A DNA stretch of 64,000 bases. Source: Azolla caroliniana. Taxonomy: Eukaryota; Plantae; Polypodiophyta. The first letter of the stretch is position 1. The number at the start of each line of letters is the position of its first letter. The notes under the pieces were generated by a model that was not told the DNA's origin, searched no databases, and was given only the letters and a program-made list of their open reading frames with translations. The translations under genes were made by a program, and so were the position numbers. Shown here piece after piece: positions 60,507 to 64,000 of this stretch. The stretch lies in assembly GCA_043228905.1 (NCBI GenBank), contig JBHGNT010000002.1:8680001-8744000 (forward strand). Direction: 5' to 3'.

Positions 60507-63500
60507 AACTCCCCCTTCACTTCGGCATGGGATGTCTCTCCAATCCGATCCTCTTCCGGCATGCTTCCAGCTTGTCGGGTGTGAGTACCTTGGTCAGCAT
60601 ATCCGACCCGTTCTCGTCCGTGTGGATCTTCGTCAGCACGAAGTCCTTGTCTTCTATCCTTTCCCGGATCCAGTGGTATCTACGTTGGATGTGCTTCGTC
60701 CGGGAGTGATAGGCCGCATTCTTCGCAAGGTGGATGGCACTCTGACTGTCGCAGTAGAGTCGGTACTCCTTATGCCGGATACCGAGCTCTCTAATGAAGT
60801 CCTTCATCCACATTATTTCCTTGCCGGCTTCAACAGCCGCCATGTACTCCGCCTCCGTAGTTGACAACGCAACCGTCTTCTGCAGCCTCGACTGCCATGA
60901 AACAGCTCCCCCTGCATACGTCATCACATACCCTGATGTGGACCGGCTGGTATCTGCATCAGCCGACATATCCGAATCGGTGAAGCCGTCGAGTTCGGGC
61001 TTACCGGAGCCGAATCGGAGGCACACGTTTGTCGTGCCCTTCAGGTATCGGAGTATCCACTTGGCCGTGTTCCAATGCCCTTTGCCGGGATTGCTCATGT
61101 ACCGGCTCACCACTCCGACTGCATATCCTATGTCCGGTCTCGTACACACCATGGCGTACATCAAGCTCCCGACGGCTGAGGCATACGGCACTTTCATCAT
61201 ATCCTCCTTTTCAGCCTTTGTCTTGGGACTTTGCTTGTTGGACAGCTTGCAGTTTGCCGGGAGGGTCGACCCGACCGGTCTTGCTTCCGACATGTTGAAC
61301 CGGTGAAGCACCTTTGTCACGTACTTTTCCTGTGACAGCCACAACTGCTTCTTCTTCCGGTCCCGGATGATGTGCATCCCTAGTATTTACCTCGCCGGAC
61401 CCAGGTCCTTCATTGAGAAAGTTCGGTGAAGCGCTTTCTTCAGCATCCGTATCTTGGCCTGGTCCCGTCCGACGATCAACATGTCGTCCACGTACAGGAG
61501 GAGTATTAGAAAGTCTCCTCCTTCGAACTTCTTCACAAACACGCAGTGATCGGACTGCATTTTGTGGTAGCCTTCGTCGGTCATGAAAGAGTCGAACTTC
61601 CGGTACCATTGCCGGGGAGCCTGCTTCAGTCCGTAAAGGCTCTTCTTCAACCGGCATACCAGGTGCTCCTTCCCTTTCTTCTCGAATCCTTCCGGTTGCT
61701 GCATGTAGATCTCTTCTTCGAGGTCACCGTGAAGGAATGCCGTCTTCACGTCCATCTGTTCTACCTCGAGGTCCACGCTTGCCGCTATGCTCAGCACCGT
61801 CCGGATGGAGGTCATCTTCACTACCGGGGCAAATATCTCGTCGAAGTCGACGCCCTTCTTCTGCTGGAACCCCTTCACTACGATCCTGGCTTTGTATCTC
61901 GGGAGGTTTCCGACATCTCCCGGTTTCAGCTTGAACACCCACTTGTTTCGAAGTGCCTGCTTTCCTTTCGGCAACTCCACAAGTTCATATGTGTGGTTCT
62001 CATGCAAGGAATCCATCTCCTCCTGCATGGCACTTAACCACCTGCGGCTATGGGTGTCAAGTTTTGCTTCTTCAAAGCTCTCCGGCTCCCCCTCGTCGGT
62101 TAGCAGCACGTGCTCTGGTTCTGGAAATCTCCGGGGGGCCCTTCTCTCTCTTAGAGGATATCTCCGTTCCGGAGCTTCGGTAACCGGCTCCTCCGTTTCC
62201 TCTTCATCCGAATCCATTTCGGGATCGGGGCCGGTTCCGGTATCAGTTTCATCTTCCTCGGCCGGTTCTGTTTCTTCACCGTCTTCGGCCGGATCCTCGA
62301 GTGCTAACCGGTCCCTTGCCGGTCGGGACTGCTCTTCGTAGAGTTGATCCTCACCGGTCGACTTGGAGCTCTTCATCTTCTTCTCCGACTCCCAGTCGGC
62401 GAGTGTCTTGTCCTCCATGAAGATGATATCTCGACTCCTGAATATCTTCTTGTCGACCGGGTCCCATACTCGGTAGCCAAACTCGTCATCGCCGTAACCG
62501 AGGAATATGCATGGCCGGGTCTTTGGATCTAGCTTTCCTCTCCGGTCCTTTGCCACATGCACGTATGCGAGACACCCGAACACCTTCAGATGCCGGTAGG
62601 ACACTTCCTTACCGGTCCACACTTTCTGTGGCGTGTCTCCGTCCAAAGGTACTGAGGGTGATCTATTTATCACATACATCGCCATCGACATTGCCTCAGC
62701 CCAAAACCCCTTGGGTAATTTCGCATGCGCCAGCATACTCCGGACCCTCTCCATTATGGTCCGATTCATCCTCTCGGCCAGCCCGTTTAGTTCCGGCGTC
62801 TTCGGCACAGTAAACTCGAGCCGGATTCCCTTCGAGCGACAGTACTCCTGGAACTGCCCCCGGTATTCCCCTCCGTTATCCGCTCGTATCGCTTTCAGCT
62901 TCTTGCCGGATTCCCTTTCCACTCTCGCGTGGAGTTCTTTGAAGACGCACAACACTTGGTCCTTTGTCTTCAGCGGTGCCGTCCACAGTTTTCGGCTATG
63001 ATCATCTATGAATGTTACGAAGTACTGGGCTCCGCCATGTGACTTCGTTTCTACCTGACACACATCAGTGTGCACCAACTCCAGTGGTGCGCTACGTCTC
63101 GTCGGTGGCCTTGAATGGAAGGAGGTTCGGTTCTGCTTACCGGCCAGGCAATCGGTGCACTTCTCCAGGTGCACTTGCTTCACTGGAATAAGGTTGTCTT
63201 CTGCAAGCCTCTTCATCCCCTTCTCACTCATGTGACACAGTCTTTTGTGCCACAGCTCACCGGCAGTGTCGGTTGCCACATTCAGCTCTTCCGGACATAA
63301 CCGGGCATTCATCAGGTACAGTGTGTTGTCTTTCCGAGCCCGAGCCACTATCAGGCTCCCTTTGCTGAACTTCATTACGCCGTTCCGGATGCTACCTGTG
63401 TAGCCTTCATCGTCTAGCCTCCCGGCCAAAATCAGGTTCAATCGAACCTCCGGAACGTGTCGGACATCCTTCAGCAGCATTTTGCATCCGGTCGGGGTTG

Positions 63501-64000
63501 TCAACCACACGTCTCCTATGCCGGCAATCCGGCACGTACCTTCATTTCCCATCCGAACACAGCCATGCTCACCGGCTGTGTAGGATGAGAAGTATCTTCT
63601 CTCCGGGGTCAGGTGGAACGATGCTCCGGAATCGACCACCCAGGTCGTCTCATCGCCGGCAATGTTTAGTTCACCTTCTTCGGTGATGAGCATGATTTCT
63701 TCCTCACTTGCCGTGAGTGCCGTCGTTCCTTTCCGGTCCTGCCCTCGCCGATCCGAACCTCTCCGGTCTGTGGCTCCCCGGTATGCACCGTTTCTCTCCG
63801 GTGACTTCTTCGAATCGGTGTCGTCGGCTCCGTTGTCTTTTCGGTAATGCCGACAATTCTTTCGGAAGTGCCCCGGTTTCCCACAGTGGAAGCATGTGGG
63901 CCTTCCTCTTGACTGCGACCGGGTCCCCGACTTCTCCCGTCTTTGCGGACTCCGGTTCCATTGTCTTCCCCGATCCGATTCGGTAAGCAGCGCCTTCGAG
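59911..64000 (-). mobile_element. Tnt1-like Ty1/copia element, little decayed, running off the window
   Basis: 3' LTR 59911-60506, PPT GAAGGGGGAG next to it, pol 63693-60517 (VDSGASFH, LWHKRLCH, ADNGGEY, YVDDML, TDSD, CDSQSA) with a frameshift near 61385. Confidence 0.95.

Overview
This is eukaryotic DNA from a repeat-rich plant genome; a seedless plant such as a fern is my inference from the element types. It holds one host gene, an intronless LRR receptor-like protein (14.1-16.9 kb), among nested transposons: Ty3/gypsy and Ty1/copia LTR elements (mostly decayed), a LINE remnant and a hAT remnant. Two systems stand out. (1) Two related Ty3/gypsy elements (189-4851, and the near-intact 39272-48541 with a CTCAT target-site duplication) have no polypurine tract. 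Exactly 2 nt before the 3' LTR both carry a conserved tRNA-3'-half-like hairpin ending in CCA, which is the inverse complement of the PBS seen in the complete copy. This suggests tRNA-primed or self-primed plus-strand synthesis. Both also share a large lineage-specific extra ORF. (2) A complete 12-kb Sola2-like DNA transposon (19913-31958) has 25-bp GGG..CCC terminal inverted repeats, a TTTT target-site duplication and an intact two-exon 863-aa DDD transposase. It also carries a convergent, spliced cargo gene encoding a RING protein, with a candidate alternative last exon encoding an FCP1/NIF-like pseudophosphatase. Its large introns are filled by palindromic TAGCTAATTAGCTA satellites and a telo-box array. 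All calls come from reading the sequence by eye; no database searches were run.
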